DNA from: an uncultured Chloroflexia bacterium
Lineage (GTDB): Bacteria; Chloroflexota; Anaerolineae; CG2-30-64-16
Assembly: GCA_963783655.1 (NCBI GenBank)
Contig: CAWAOA010000005.1
Location: 95,331-159,330 of the forward strand
DNA: 64,000 nucleotides
Reading direction: 5' to 3'
Below the pieces are notes generated by a model. It made no database searches and was not told the origin of the DNA. It saw only the letters and a list, made by a program, of their open reading frames with translations. Within the stretch, counting starts at the first letter, position 1. Each line of letters starts with the position of its first letter. Shown piece by piece: positions 1 through 11,535 of this stretch. The position numbers and the translations under genes are program-made.

Positions 1-657
<657 letters not shown>

Positions 658-719
658 CGATTTCCTCCCGTTGTGATGCTTGATATGTGATATAGGAATC
701 GAATCCTCGTTATAGCCGT

Positions 720-1219
720 CTAGCAAACGCCGTTGTGCTTGCTGGGCGCCCTGCTGCCGTCGGCACGCACCATGACCACCTGCCCGGTGCGCACCATCTC
801 CATGATCCCGAAGTTCCGCAGCAGCTCGATCAGCGACTCGACCCGGTCCTCCGGCCCGGTGATCTGCACCACCAGCGAGTCCAGCGCCACGTCGACCACC
901 TGGCCCCGGAAGATGTCGACCAGCTGCAGGATCTCCGCCGCGGTCTCGGCGTTGGTCGTGCACCTTCATCAGCGCCAGCTCGCGGACGACCGTGGGCTTC
1001 CGGTCACATCCTGCACCGCGGTCACGTTGATCAGCTTGAAGAGCTGCGTCTCGACCTGGACAGCTCGCGCTCGTCGCCGTCCACCACGAAGGTCATGCGG
1101 CTGATGCCCGGCGTCTCGCTGTGGCCGACGGCCAGGCTCTCGATGTTGAAGTTGCGCCGGCGGAAGAGGCTCGAGACCCGGTTCAGCACGCCGGGCTTGT
1201 CTTCCATCCAGGCGATCAT
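720..1219 (-). CDS. ilvH: acetolactate synthase small (regulatory) subunit, ACT domain; frameshifted
   Basis: [50 protein letters not shown] matches the IlvN/IlvH ACT domain. The C-terminus ...[15 protein letters not shown]...[16 protein letters not shown] is recovered in other frames. Confidence 0.75.
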
Positions 1220-1236
1220 CGTGTCGCTTCATGGCT

Positions 1237-2971
1237 CTATTCCTCCTCAGCTTCCATCGCCGGCAGCGGCCGGCGGATCATCTCGGCGTTGCTCTTGCCC
1301 GGCGCCACCATCGGGTAGACATTGATCAACGGCTCCACCTTGAAGTTGAGCAGGAACGGCCCGCGGTGCGCCCGCGCCGGCCGGATCGCTTCCGCCACGT
1401 CCGCCTTGCCGCTCCACGTGATGGCCGGGATGCCGTAGGCGTCGGCGATCTTGGCGAAGTCCGGGTTGAACAGCGGCGTGCCGGAGTAGCGCTGCTCGTA
1501 GAAGATGTCCTGCCACTGGCGCACCATGCCCAGGTAGCCGTTGTTGATGATGCCGATCTTGACCGGCAGCTTCTCCGCCACGACGGTGGACAGCTCCGGC
1601 ATCGTCATCTGGAAGCCGCCGTCGCCGGCCACCACCCACACCTCTTCGTCGGGTCGCCCGATCTGCGCGCCGATGGCCGCCGGCAGGCCGAAGCCCATCG
1701 TGCCCAGGCCGCCCGAGGTGATCAGGCTGCGCGCGCTGCGTGTGCGGGAAGTACTGCGCCTCCCACATCTGGTGCTGGCCCACGTCGGTGCACGACCGTG
1801 CAGTTGCCCTCGCCGGTCAGCGTGCCAGAGCTGGCGCATGATGTAGGGCGGGACCAGCTCGTCGCTCTCCTGCGCCAGCAGGTCGCGCCGGTCGGTGTCG
1901 TGCCGCCACTCGTGCGATCTGCGCGCAGCCAGTCGGGGTGCTGCTTGGGCTGCGACCAGCGGCAGCAGGGCCCGCAGCGTCAGCAGCGCATCGCCGATGA
2001 CCGGCGGTATCGATCTTGCATCGTCTTGCCCACCTCGGCCGGGTCGAGGTCGATGTGGATGATGCTGCGCCTTGGGGGCGAAGGTGCTGAAGGCCCCGGT
2101 CAGCCGGTCGTCCAGCCGGGCGCCGACGGCCAGCAGCACATCGCACTCCTGGATCGCGTAGTTGGTGTAGGCCTCGCCGTGCATCCCGCCCATGCCCAGC
2201 GCCAGCGGGTGGGTGTCCGGGAAGGCGCTCGATCCCCAGCAGGCGTGGTGGCGACCGGGATGTTGGCCATCTCGGCCAGCTTGCGCAGCTCGGCCGTCGG
2301 CGCGGGCGATCAGAACGCCGTGCCCGGCGAGGATCAGCGGGCGCTCGGCGCCGTTGAGCAGGTCGGGCCGCCGGCGCGATCGCCGCCGGAGCCGCGGCGC
2401 ACAGCGCCGGGCTGGTAGCCGGGCAGATGCACGCTATCGGGGTATTCGAACTCAGTTTCGGCATGCTGCGCGTCTTTGCAGATGTCGACGAGGACGGGGC
2501 CGGGGCGGCCGGTGCGGGCGATGTAGAAGGCTTCCTTGAGGGCTTGCGGGCAGATCTCTCGACGTCGGTCACCAGGTAGTTGTGCTTGGTCACCGGCAGG
2601 CTGACCCCCTGCACGTCGGCTTCCTGGAAGCCGTCCCTCCCCAGCAGGGTGGTGGTCACCTGGCCGGTGATCGCCACCACGGGGAGGAGTCCATATAGGC
2701 CGTGGCCAGGCCGGTGACCAGGTTGGTGGCGCCCGGACCCGAGGTGGCCATGCACACCCCCACCTTGCCGGTGGCCCGGGCGTAGCCATCGGCCATGTGC
2801 GCCGCGCCCTGCTCGTGGGTCACCAGCACGTGGCGGATCGGGTAGCGGTACTTGGCCTGAGCGTCGTAGATGGGCAGGATGGTCGCCGCCGGGCAGGCCG
2901 AAGACGACGTCCACCCCTTCGGCCATCAGGCTCTCCCAGACGATTTGTGCCCCACTCTTTCGCTGACTCAT
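1237..2971 (-). CDS. ilvB: acetolactate synthase large (catalytic) subunit; multiple frameshifts
   Basis: N-terminus [29 protein letters not shown], middle [24 protein letters not shown], and the C-terminal TPP-binding region [45 protein letters not shown], spread over 3 ORF-track frames. Confidence 0.85.
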
Positions 2972-3046
2972 GTCTCCCCCTCATGATTCCGGCGTTGGCG
3001 AGCGGATGATCCGGCGCCCGGTGCGTGATAATTGCGATTCCGGCAA

Positions 3047-3077
3047 ACAAAAAGGGCCTCCCTTGCGGGAGGCCCTT
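3047..3077 (-). terminator. Rho-independent terminator / putative attenuator hairpin immediately upstream of ilvB: GGGCCTCCC-gcaa-GGGAGGCCC followed by TTTTT on the minus strand
   Basis: Perfect 9-bp GC stem plus a T5 run read on the minus strand. It lies between the leader ORF and the ilvB start at 2971. Confidence 0.5.
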
Positions 3078-3109
3078 AGCCTTTTGGTTTGCCTTTAGCG
3101 GTCGTTGCC

Positions 3110-3208
3110 TCAGCCTGGACCTGTGTCCCCCCTGAACTCGCCATGCTCCTTGCCAAGTAGGCCAAGGAGCGTGCTAATAAGGACTAGGACCAGGCCGGAA
3201 GAATGCAC
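3110..3208 (-). CDS. putative ilv leader peptide, GTG start, 32 aa: (M)HSSGLVLVLISTLLGLLGKEHGEFRGDTGPG, rich in Leu/Val/Ile
   Basis: Short ORF in a locally AT-richer region (3080-3300), with AGAGG about 10 nt upstream of the GTG. It is followed about 30 nt downstream by the terminator hairpin and then ilvB. Confidence 0.35.
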   Translation of the reverse strand: MHSSGLVLVLISTLLGLLGKEHGEFRGDTGPG

Positions 3209-3411
3209 TATCGAGACCTCTGATTCCTGCTGTTGAACGTTGCAGCGAAGGTAACACAGGTTACATAGCCTGTCAAACTGACAAAAGTACCAAAGGGCAT
3301 GCAAAAAAGCCGCGGAAGCGGATGGTATAATGGCCGCCGGCCACCAAGGAAAGAGGTGCGATCAGTGGAACGGGATTCAACCCATATCCTGGGAGCGGCG
3401 GCACCCTGCGC

Positions 3412-4159
3412 ATGGTTGCCTACAACCTGGGCCAGGGCGGCCGGCGGGACGCCGGAGCCTGGCTGCGGCTCCTGGGGATACCGGTACCGGACCTGTTGTT
3501 CGTGCAGGAGTCACGCGATCCGGCAGGGCGCGTGGCTCGCGACCCTGCCGGGCGGCGCTCCAGAACAGTGCCACTGGGAAGACACGGGCGCGCGCCGCTG
3601 GGGCAGCGGGTTGTGGGTGCGCGATGGCCGGTTGACGCCGCTGACAGTTCCGCAGGCTTACCGCGGGCGGGTCGTCGCGGCGGTCGTGGAAGGGCTCACG
3701 TGGCCGGTGCTCGGCGCCTCACCGGTGGTGGCGATGAGCATCCATGCGCCTACGGCGAAAGGCAGCTCGTACATCAAAGAGGTTGGGCGCATCCTGGATC
3801 TGGTTCCCGCGATCGCCGCCGGGCTTCCCGTCGTGCTGGGCGGCGACTTCAACGTGGCCGTCGCTCTGCGGGCGTCCGACCACGCCCTCTACAACTCGCC
3901 CGGCGAGCGGACGGTGCTGGCGAGGATGCGTGACGAGCTGGGGCTGCTGCCTTGCTGGCAGTCGGCTCACCCGGATGAGGAACCTGCTCGCACGCTGCGG
4001 TGGATGCGACGCCGCGACTCGCTGCCCTACCACTGTGACGGCCTGTTCGTGCCTGCGGCGTGGATACCGTCGCTGATTGGCTGCGAGGTGTTGGAAGACG
4101 ACGACTGGTGCGCCCTCAGCGACCACAACCCGGTGGTGGCGACGTTTGCCTCCGCATGA
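3412..4159 (+). CDS. endonuclease/exonuclease/phosphatase (EEP) family protein; one frameshift near 3530
   Basis: VAYNLGQGG...LFVQES motif at the N-terminus, and ...VLGGDFNVA...SDHNPVVATF at the C-terminus, which is the EEP catalytic signature. Confidence 0.6.
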
Positions 4160-4317
4160 GCCAGACACGAGAGTCCGTTGTGTCGGGCCGTGAAGAGATC
4201 GTGGGACGGCCCATGCCGGTCCCTCCATTCCGGTTCAGCCAGTGAAGGCGTGTGCTGGTGTCCCCGTCCGGACTCGAATCCGGACCGCAACAGAATTTCG
4301 GTGGGTGCATCCGACGT

Positions 4318-4447
4318 TGGGGGCGATATGTAGGATAACATGCCGATGTTGTCCCGTGTGTGGGGTAGAGCGGGCTATTGTTGTCAACAAGCAGCATGCT
4401 CTACCCCATACCCGGGACAACATCGGCATGTTATCCTACAAATCGCC
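4318..4447. repeat. 125-bp near-perfect palindrome: about 50-bp arms (2-3 mismatches) around a palindromic core TTGTTGtCAACAA
   Basis: GGGGGCGATATGTAGGATAACATGCCGATGTTGTCCCG... mirrored by ...CGGGACAACATCGGCATGTTATCCTACAAATCGCCCCC. Intergenic between the EEP gene and the hydrolase gene. Confidence 0.7.
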
Positions 4448-4630
4448 CCCGACGTGCGGTGCGCCAACTTTCTGTCCCTGGCTTGACCCGCCAATACCCC
4501 GGCTGTATGCTAACGACTCGCAGGGGAGAGGGCGGTGGCGAGAGCATACGGCCCAGTATCTGCGCCTTGCGATCACCATCTGCGTCCCGGACCGGTGCAT
4601 TCAACCCTCGAACGCCGGAGGAGTTTACCC

Positions 4631-5532
4631 GTGTCGACTGCCAGCCTCAACGTATTCCGTACGGCACAGGGTGCAGAAGCCTATGGCGAGCTGTACCAAC
4701 GTTCGCTAGCATTATGGCGTCCTGCGGCAGAACCACTCACCGTCGAGACGGAATTCGGCGCGACGCGTGGGTTAACGCGGCGGGTTCGCCCGATTTGCCC
4801 CCGTTGGTGCTGATCCATGGCTTCGGCTTCTCTTCCGCACAATGGTATCCCAACGTACCGGCGCTTGCGCCACATTTCCGAATCTACGCCCCCGACGTCC
4901 CAGACCAGTTTGGGTTGAGCCGCCTCACAAAGCCGCTTCAGACACGGGAGAACTACGCGGCCTGGATTGCCGAGCTGCTCGATGGCCTCGGCATCGGCCG
5001 GGTTGCCCTCGTCGGGCACTCGTATGGCGGATGGTTGGCGACCAACTTTGCGATCGGCCGGCCGGACCGCGTCACCCGGCTGGCGCTGATCGCGCCGGCG
5101 GCCACCTTTGTCCCGCTCTCTCCCCAATTCTTCTTGCGAGGCATCGCCGGCGGAGCATTGGCGGGTATGCTGAACGTCGATTTCCCGGTCTATAGCATGG
5201 TGCGATGGATGACTACCGCCCGACCGGTGGAAGGACTGGAAATCATCGAGCAGTTCAAAATCGGAATGAAGAACCTGGCGCCCGTTCCATCAGGAATGCC
5301 GGGGGTCTTCAGTGCGGGCGAATTCGCGTGCCTGGATATGCCGGTCCTGCTGCTGATCGGGGAGCGCGAAGTCGTCTATCGAAAGCGCGCCGAGCAGGTG
5401 CTGGTCGAGGCGCGGAAAGCCATCCCGCAGCTGCAGACTGCGCTGATCCCCAACGGCGGTCACGCCGTAACTCTGGACCAGACAGAGGCGACCAACCGGG
5501 CACTGGCAGCGTTCCTTGGCTGCGCTCAATGA
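4631..5532 (+). CDS. alpha/beta-fold hydrolase; GTG start; one frameshift near 4770
   Basis: LVLIHGFGFSS...VGHSYGG (GXSXG nucleophile elbow)...NGGHAV. GGAGG lies 8 nt upstream of the GTG. Confidence 0.75.
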
Positions 5533-5631
5533 AGAGCCTGGTCACGACACCTGCGGGAGCAGCCAATGCACTGGACTGTACGTATGCTTGACGCCGAGTG
5601 TCGCTCACGCTCCGGTCACGCCAACCATCTA

Positions 5632-6599
5632 TGAAAGCAATTGTACAAGACCGATATGGTTCACCAGATGTTCTCAAACTTGCCGAGGTGGAAAAACCGG
5701 CCCCCGGCGAGAATGAAGTACTGATCAAGGTTCATGCGGTATCCATCAATGGATCGGACTGGGAGGGACTGAGAGGAAAACCGCTGTATGCCCGCCTCGG
5801 GGGGCTGCGAAAACCAGGTAACAAGATCCTCGGATCGGACATCGCCGGGCGGGTAGAATCGGTTGGCGGCAAACGTAAAGCAATTTCAGCCAGGGGATGA
5901 AGTGTTTGGGGAAATGGCGGGGTATCGGGGTGGTTTTGCCGAGTATGCCTGCACTTCTGAAAAGCTCCTGGCGCGGAAACCGGCCGGCATGACCTTCGAG
6001 CAAGCAGCGGCCATCCCGCAGGCGGCGGTGATCGCCCTGCAAGGGATTCGCGATAAAGGACAGGTTCAGCCGGGACAAACAAGTTTTGATCAATGGCGCC
6101 GGTGGAAGTGCGGGTACCTTTGCCGTGCAGCTTGCCAAACTTTGCGGGGCTGAAGTGACCGGAGTGGATAACACGGGCAAGCTGGACTTTTTGCGCTCAC
6201 TCGGCGCAGACCATGTCATCGATTACACCCGGGAAGACTTCACCAGGAACGGAAAACAGTATGATCTCATCCTGGATGTGATCGCGCATCGTTCGGTTTT
6301 TGCCTTGAAGCGGGCGCTCAAGCCCAATGGAACGTATTTCGTCGTCGGAGGTTCTGTCGCGACGCTTTTCCAGGTGTTGTTCCTGGGGCCGTTGATACGA
6401 AGGTCCGAGGGCAAGAATTTGCGCGTCCTGGCGGTTCAGCGAAATCAACGAAGATCTGGTTGCGATAACGGAGCTTTGTGAAGCCGGCAAGATCGTCCCT
6501 GTGATCGACCGGCGGTATCCGTTACGTGAGGTTCCTGAAGCGCTCCGGTATGTTGGAGAAGGACGCGCCAAAGGGAAAGTCGTCATCACGGTGGCATAG
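5632..6599 (+). CDS. MDR-family NADPH:quinone oxidoreductase / zinc-type alcohol dehydrogenase-like; about 2 frameshifts
   Basis: MKAIVQDRYGSPDVLKLAEVEKPAPGENEVLIKVHAVSIN, Rossmann motif INGAGGSAGTFAVQLAK, and C-terminus GKIVPVIDRRYPLREVPEALRYVGEGRAKGKVVI. Confidence 0.75.
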
Positions 6600-6804
6600 C
6601 AGAGCCACTTCTGTGGGCTCAACGGAGTGGCCGGGCGGACAGGCGCGATGCCGGCGCCCGTCTGCCGAATGGTGGTACAATAGGGCGGCACCAGAGAAGC
6701 GATCAGACTGGATGAGATCGCGGGATGTTCATCGACTCAGGTAAGGCTGGAACCTTCGCCCGTGATCGCTTCTCGGCGCGCGATTCCCAAGGAGGGCAGC
6801 CGAA

Positions 6805-7911
6805 TTGTCCACTTCCGCTACCATCGCAGGGAGACCGCCGGCCAGAAGTCTCCAATTCACGCAACAGCGCGGTTTCCGTAAAGCGCTCAACGAGCGCGTC
6901 AGCGCCTATCTGCGCGACAAGAACCTCCCGGCGCGCGACGTGCCGGCCATGTACCTCAAGACGGCGATCGTGATGTCCTGGTGGCTCGGTACGTACCTGC
7001 TTTTGATGCTCGGCCGTTTCCCGCCGGCGGTCAACGTCATTCTGTGCATGGTGTGGGCGCTGGCTATCGCCGGGGTCGGCTTCAACGTCATGCACGACGC
7101 CAGCCACAGCGGCTACTCCGATACATCCGCGTGTCAACAGGTTGATGAGCCTCAGCGGCGAGCTGCTGGGCATGAGCGGGTTCCGCTGGCGCACCAAGCA
7201 CAACGTGTGGCATCACACCTACACCAACATCGCCGGCTTCGACGACGACGTGGAGACGTACGGCACGCTGCGCCTTACGCCCCGCGCGCCGTGGAAGCCG
7301 ATGTACAGACTCCAGGCCTGGTACTTCCCGCTGGTCTACGGCGGAATCGGCTTCGACTTCATCGTGCGCGACTTCATGATGGTGTTGGTGGGTAAGTCCG
7401 ACGCCAACCACGTGTACCCCAAGATGAGCGCAGCGGACAAGGTCGACGTTCTGGGCGGGCAAGCTGTTCTACATCGTGATCATGTTTGCGCTGCCGCTGC
7501 TGGTCTTCCCCTGGTGGCAGGTGCTGATTGGCTTCCTGATCGTGATGGTAACGGTCGGCGTCGTCATGGGGCTGGTCTTCCAGCTCGCGCACATCAACGG
7601 CGATGCCGCATTCCCGGAGCCGGTGGGCGACCCGCTCGCACATCGAGAACGAGTGGGCAGTGCACCAGGTCCAGACGACCGTGGACTTCGCGCCGCGCAA
7701 CCGGCTGCTCGAGCTGGTACATCGGTGGCCTGAACTACCAGATCGAGCACCACCTGCTGCCGCACGTCTGCCACGTGAACTACCCGCGGCTCGCGCCGGT
7801 CGTGCGGGCGACGTGCGAGGAGTTCGGCGTTCGCTACACCTGCTACCCCACCTGGCGCGAGGCGTTGCCTGCCACTGGCGCGAACTGCGGGTCCTGGGAC
7901 AACCGGCATGA
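6805..7911 (+). CDS. membrane fatty-acid desaturase (DesA/front-end type); about 3 frameshifts
   Basis: Three histidine boxes recovered across frames: HDASHSGYS, HNVWHHTYTNI and QIEHHLLPH. Confidence 0.75.
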
Positions 7912-8104
7912 TCCGCGCCTGAGTCCGCCCCGGCGGCGAGAGGCATTGCCTGTTGGGGTGTCCCAGGTTTCGCGGTTAGAGCGGCTGGGCAGGCACGAAC
8001 AGAGCGTGACGATGATTGCCGGCCGTGCCGCCGTCCCTGAGTCCCTCGAGACCGTGGCGCAGCTCAAGCAGAAGAACGATTTGGGGTTTGATTGGTCGTG
8101 GTGG

Positions 8105-8797
8105 TCAATTCGGTGCACGCAAGCGGTAACCGACGCCGGGTTCGGTACGGATGTAGTGGGGACCGTTCGGATCTGGCTCGAGTTTGCGACGCAGGTTGCT
8201 CATCGTCACGCGGCAACAGGTGGGTTTCTCGCTCGTAGCCCGGACCCCATACGCCGCGCAGCAGCTGCTTGTGCGTGAGCACCCGGCCTGCTTCGGTAAC
8301 CAGCAGGCGCAGCAGGTTGTACTCCATCGGCGTGAGCATCACTTCGCGCCGGCCACATGCACGGTGCGCTGGCCCAAATCGACCAGCAATTCGTCGAGTG
8401 CGAACACCGTCACACTTCTGGCCGCTCCAGTGCGGCGAAGAGTCACTCGCATTCTCGCAAGCAGCTCGCTCAGACCAAATGGTTTGGTCACGTAGTCGTC
8501 GGCGCCTTCGTCCAGCGCCGTCACCTTGTCCGCCTCATGCTCGCGAACGGATAGGATGATGATGGGAGCCTCGCAGCGCTCTCGGAAAAGCTTGACCAGG
8601 TCCAGCCCGTTCATGTCAGGCAGCCCCAGGTCGAGGATGATCAGATCGGGTGTTTCCGTCGCCAGAACGTCCAAAGCCTCCCTGCCGCTGCTCGCGCCCG
8701 TGACCTGATAGCCGTGTGCCGTCAACGATGTGCCCAGGAAGCGCTGGATGGATGGTTCATCGTCGACCACCATGACCTGGACCGGCTTATCAGCCAT
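8105..8797 (-). CDS. kdpE: OmpR-family response regulator KdpE; one frameshift near 8210
   Basis: MADKPVQVMVVDDEPSIQRFL...DLIILDLGLPDMNGLDLV (receiver domain) plus winged-helix LTPMEYNLLRLLVTEAGRVLTHKQLLRGVWGP...RVTMSNLRRKLEPDPNGPHYIRTEPGVGYRL. Confidence 0.85.
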
Positions 8798-11505
8798 TTT
8801 GCGCCTCCTCGATGTCTGCCAGTGGGAGCGAAATTGTTATCACCGCGCCGCCTCCCGGGCCGTGCCGCCGCCCAGATCCGGCCCCGCTGCGCCTCGATCA
8901 GCCCCTTACTGATGGCCAGCCCCATGCCGGTACCGCCCACGCCGTCCGCCCTCTGGACCCGGTAGAACTTGTCGAAGACGCGTTCCTCGTCTTGCGTTGG
9001 GATGCCGACGCCGCGGTCAGCCACCGTAATTTCCACTGCCTCGTCTGCAGCCTGGGCCGCCACCTCAATGCCTGAGCCGGGGGGTGAATACTTGGCGGCG
9101 TTCTCGATCACGTTGACCAGCGCCTGCGCCGCCAGAGCCAAATCGGCAGATACCAACGGCAGGTCTGGTGCGGCGGTAACTGAGACTGTGCGGCCCTCCA
9201 GACGTTCCGCGAGCCTGGTCGAGCGCAGCCACGATCAACTCCTGCGCGTCACCGGCTCTTGCCTGGGACGGACTGCCCCGGCCTCGATCCGCGACATATC
9301 CAGCATGTTGCCTACGACCCGGTTGAGCCGTTCGGCCTGCTGGCGCGCGGTTGGAGGCCAGGCTGCGCCGGCTGGCGCCGTCGAGCCGGTCGCCGTCCTC
9401 CTCCAGGACGCCGAGCGTGCCGGTGATCGCCACCAACGGCGTGCGCAGTTCATGCGAGATTGAATTCAGCAGGGCGCCCTGCAAGCGTCTCCGTTGTCTC
9501 ACGCACCTCAAGCAAGCGGTTGTGCTCCGCCAACTGCGCTCGCTCGATAGCCAGCGCAGCCTGGCTGGCAAATGCCAGCATGAGCCGCCGCTGTTCAGGT
9601 GGAAGCACGACGTTTGGGTCTGGCGGCCATACACCCAGGACCCCCACGGTGCCGCGCGCCGTGGTAAGGGGCAGATACCTTCCCGACGCCGCCGCGAAAT
9701 GTGTCGGTGCCGCGTCCGGCCGGGCGGCCGCGCTCGGTAGACCCAATCAGCCACGGCGAGCTCGCTCTGGTCGAACTCATACCCAGGCGCTGCCGCTCGT
9801 ATCGTCTTCCCGTCATCGTCGGGAAGCAGAACCGCTGCGTGGCGCTCGAATACCTGCCGGACGTGGGTCAGCACCGCGTCCACAATCGTCGCCAGATCTT
9901 CGGCCGCCGCCAGATCGCGACTCAGCTCGTACTGCGCCAACGCCTGCATCTCTCGCTGCTGCGCAGCGTCGGCCTGCTCTCGCGCTCGAGCGGTCAGTGT
10001 GCTGATTACCAGCCCCACCGCCAGCAAACCGACAAAAGTCAACAGATACTGCGTGTCGGATACGGCAAAGCTCAGGTGCGGCGGCACGAAGAAGAAATCG
10101 AAACCCAGCACGCTCAACAGGGCGGCCAGCGCAGCCGGTCCTCTCCCCAGATACAGCGCGGCTACCACCACGCCCAGCAGGTAGAGCATCACCAGGTTTG
10201 GCGGCGCGACAAGATCGCGCAGTGGGATGCCCAGTGCAGTGATACCGGCGATGATCCCCAGGCTCAGCACATAACGATCCGCATGACTCGAAACGCCGGC
10301 CGGCACTGTCGAGGCGTGGCGCCGGCCGTTTCTCATCACCGGTTACCAGGTACACGTCAATGTTCCCGCTTTGTTTCGCGATCTGATCAACCAGCGAGCC
10401 TCGCAGCACCTCACGCCATCGTGGACGTTCCGGCCGGCCCGCGATGATCTTGGTGACATTATGCTTGCGCGCGTACTCTACGATGGTCTCGGCCACCGAC
10501 CGTCCCGGCAGGCTGACGGCCTTGCCGGACAGCTCTTCTGCAAGCTGCAGGGTGCGGGCAATCCTCTGCCGTTCGGCCTCAGAAAGGCGGGCATGGGCAG
10601 GCGTCGCCACGTAAACCGCCAGCCAGTCCGCGCCGATCTGATCGGCCAGCCGGCGCAGCGCTGTGTATCAGCCGCTCACCCAGTCGCCTGGACTTACGCA
10701 AACCAGCAGCCTTTCGCCTGCCGGCCACGGACCTGGTATGGCGCGTTCGGACATATAGTCGCGCATCTGAGTGTCGACACGTTCGGCGGTTCGGCGCAGC
10801 GCGAGCTCGCGCAAAGCGTTGAGATTCCCCCGACGGAAAAAACGCTGACCGCCCTGCGCCTCCTGCCGGGGACGTACACCTTGCCCTCATCCAGCCGCTG
10901 CCGCAGTTCGGCCGGCGGCAGGTCGATCAGCTCTATTTCGTCGGCGCCATCCAGCACGCCGTCCGGAATCCGCTCATCCACAACTACGCCCGTGATTTGC
11001 GCCACCACATCGTTCAGGCTCTCGATGTGCTGGACGTTGAGCGTCGTGTAGACGCTGATGCCGGCACCCAGGAGCTCCTCGACATCCATGTAGCGCCGGT
11101 TGTGACGCGAGCCCGGCGGGTTGGCATGTTCCAGTTCGTCGACCAGGGCGAGCTGAGGGCGGCGCAGCAGACAGCGCATCTGCGTCCAACTCCTCGCGGG
11201 CCTGCGATCCATTCCTCGATCGACCTCGGTGGAATCAGCTCCAGCCCCGCCAGCAGGGCGACAGTGTCGGGATGGCCGTGCGTCTCCACACAGCCGGCCA
11301 CCACGTCGATTCCTTCGGCCAGTCGTTGGTGAGCAGCCTCAAGCATCGCAAAGGTCTTCCCTACCCCGGGGGCGTATCCAAGAAACACCTTGAGCCGCCC
11401 ACGCGAGGGCTGCCCCGGACTGAGCTCAGTCCGGGGCAACGACTGGCCGGGCCCGGTGCGCAGGTTCTCGTCCATTTCCGCGTTCGTTGCTTGTCCTGGT
11501 GCCAT
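8790..11505 (-). CDS. kdpD: sensor histidine kinase KdpD (KdpD N-terminal domain, USP, 4 TM, GAF, HisKA, HATPase); several frameshifts; 4-nt ATGA-type overlap with kdpE
   Basis: N-terminus RGRLKVFLGYAPGVGKTFAML...; USP VAETIVEYARKHNVTKII; TM/GAF region; H-box LLNSISHELRTPL; C-terminus GTGMGLAISKGLIEAQRGRIWAAARPGGGAVITISLPLADIEEAQNG recovered by a frame switch. Confidence 0.85.
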
Positions 11506-11535
11506 CTGTTTCCCTTGACGTATTATGCCAAAGGG

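Noticed and set aside
1231-2418. 395-aa plus-strand ORF (and many similar long ORFs such as 9701-10447, 16501-17124, 22018-22635, 20112-20549, 44196-45380 and 47139-48251)
   Set aside because: They lie antisense to genes with clear conserved motifs (ilvB, kdpD, oppD, the M28 peptidase, oppA, GT1, the LuxR regulator). Their translations are Arg/Ala/Pro/Gly-rich low-complexity sequence typical of spurious ORFs in high-GC DNA.
4187-4293. Possible tRNA or tRNA 3' fragment (a T-arm-like GTCCGGA-CTCGAA-TCCGGAC plus ACCGCAAC)
   Set aside because: The loop is 6 nt, not the 7-nt TΨC loop. No D-arm or anticodon-arm arrangement could be found within tRNA length limits. The candidate acceptor pairing gives a 107-nt molecule.
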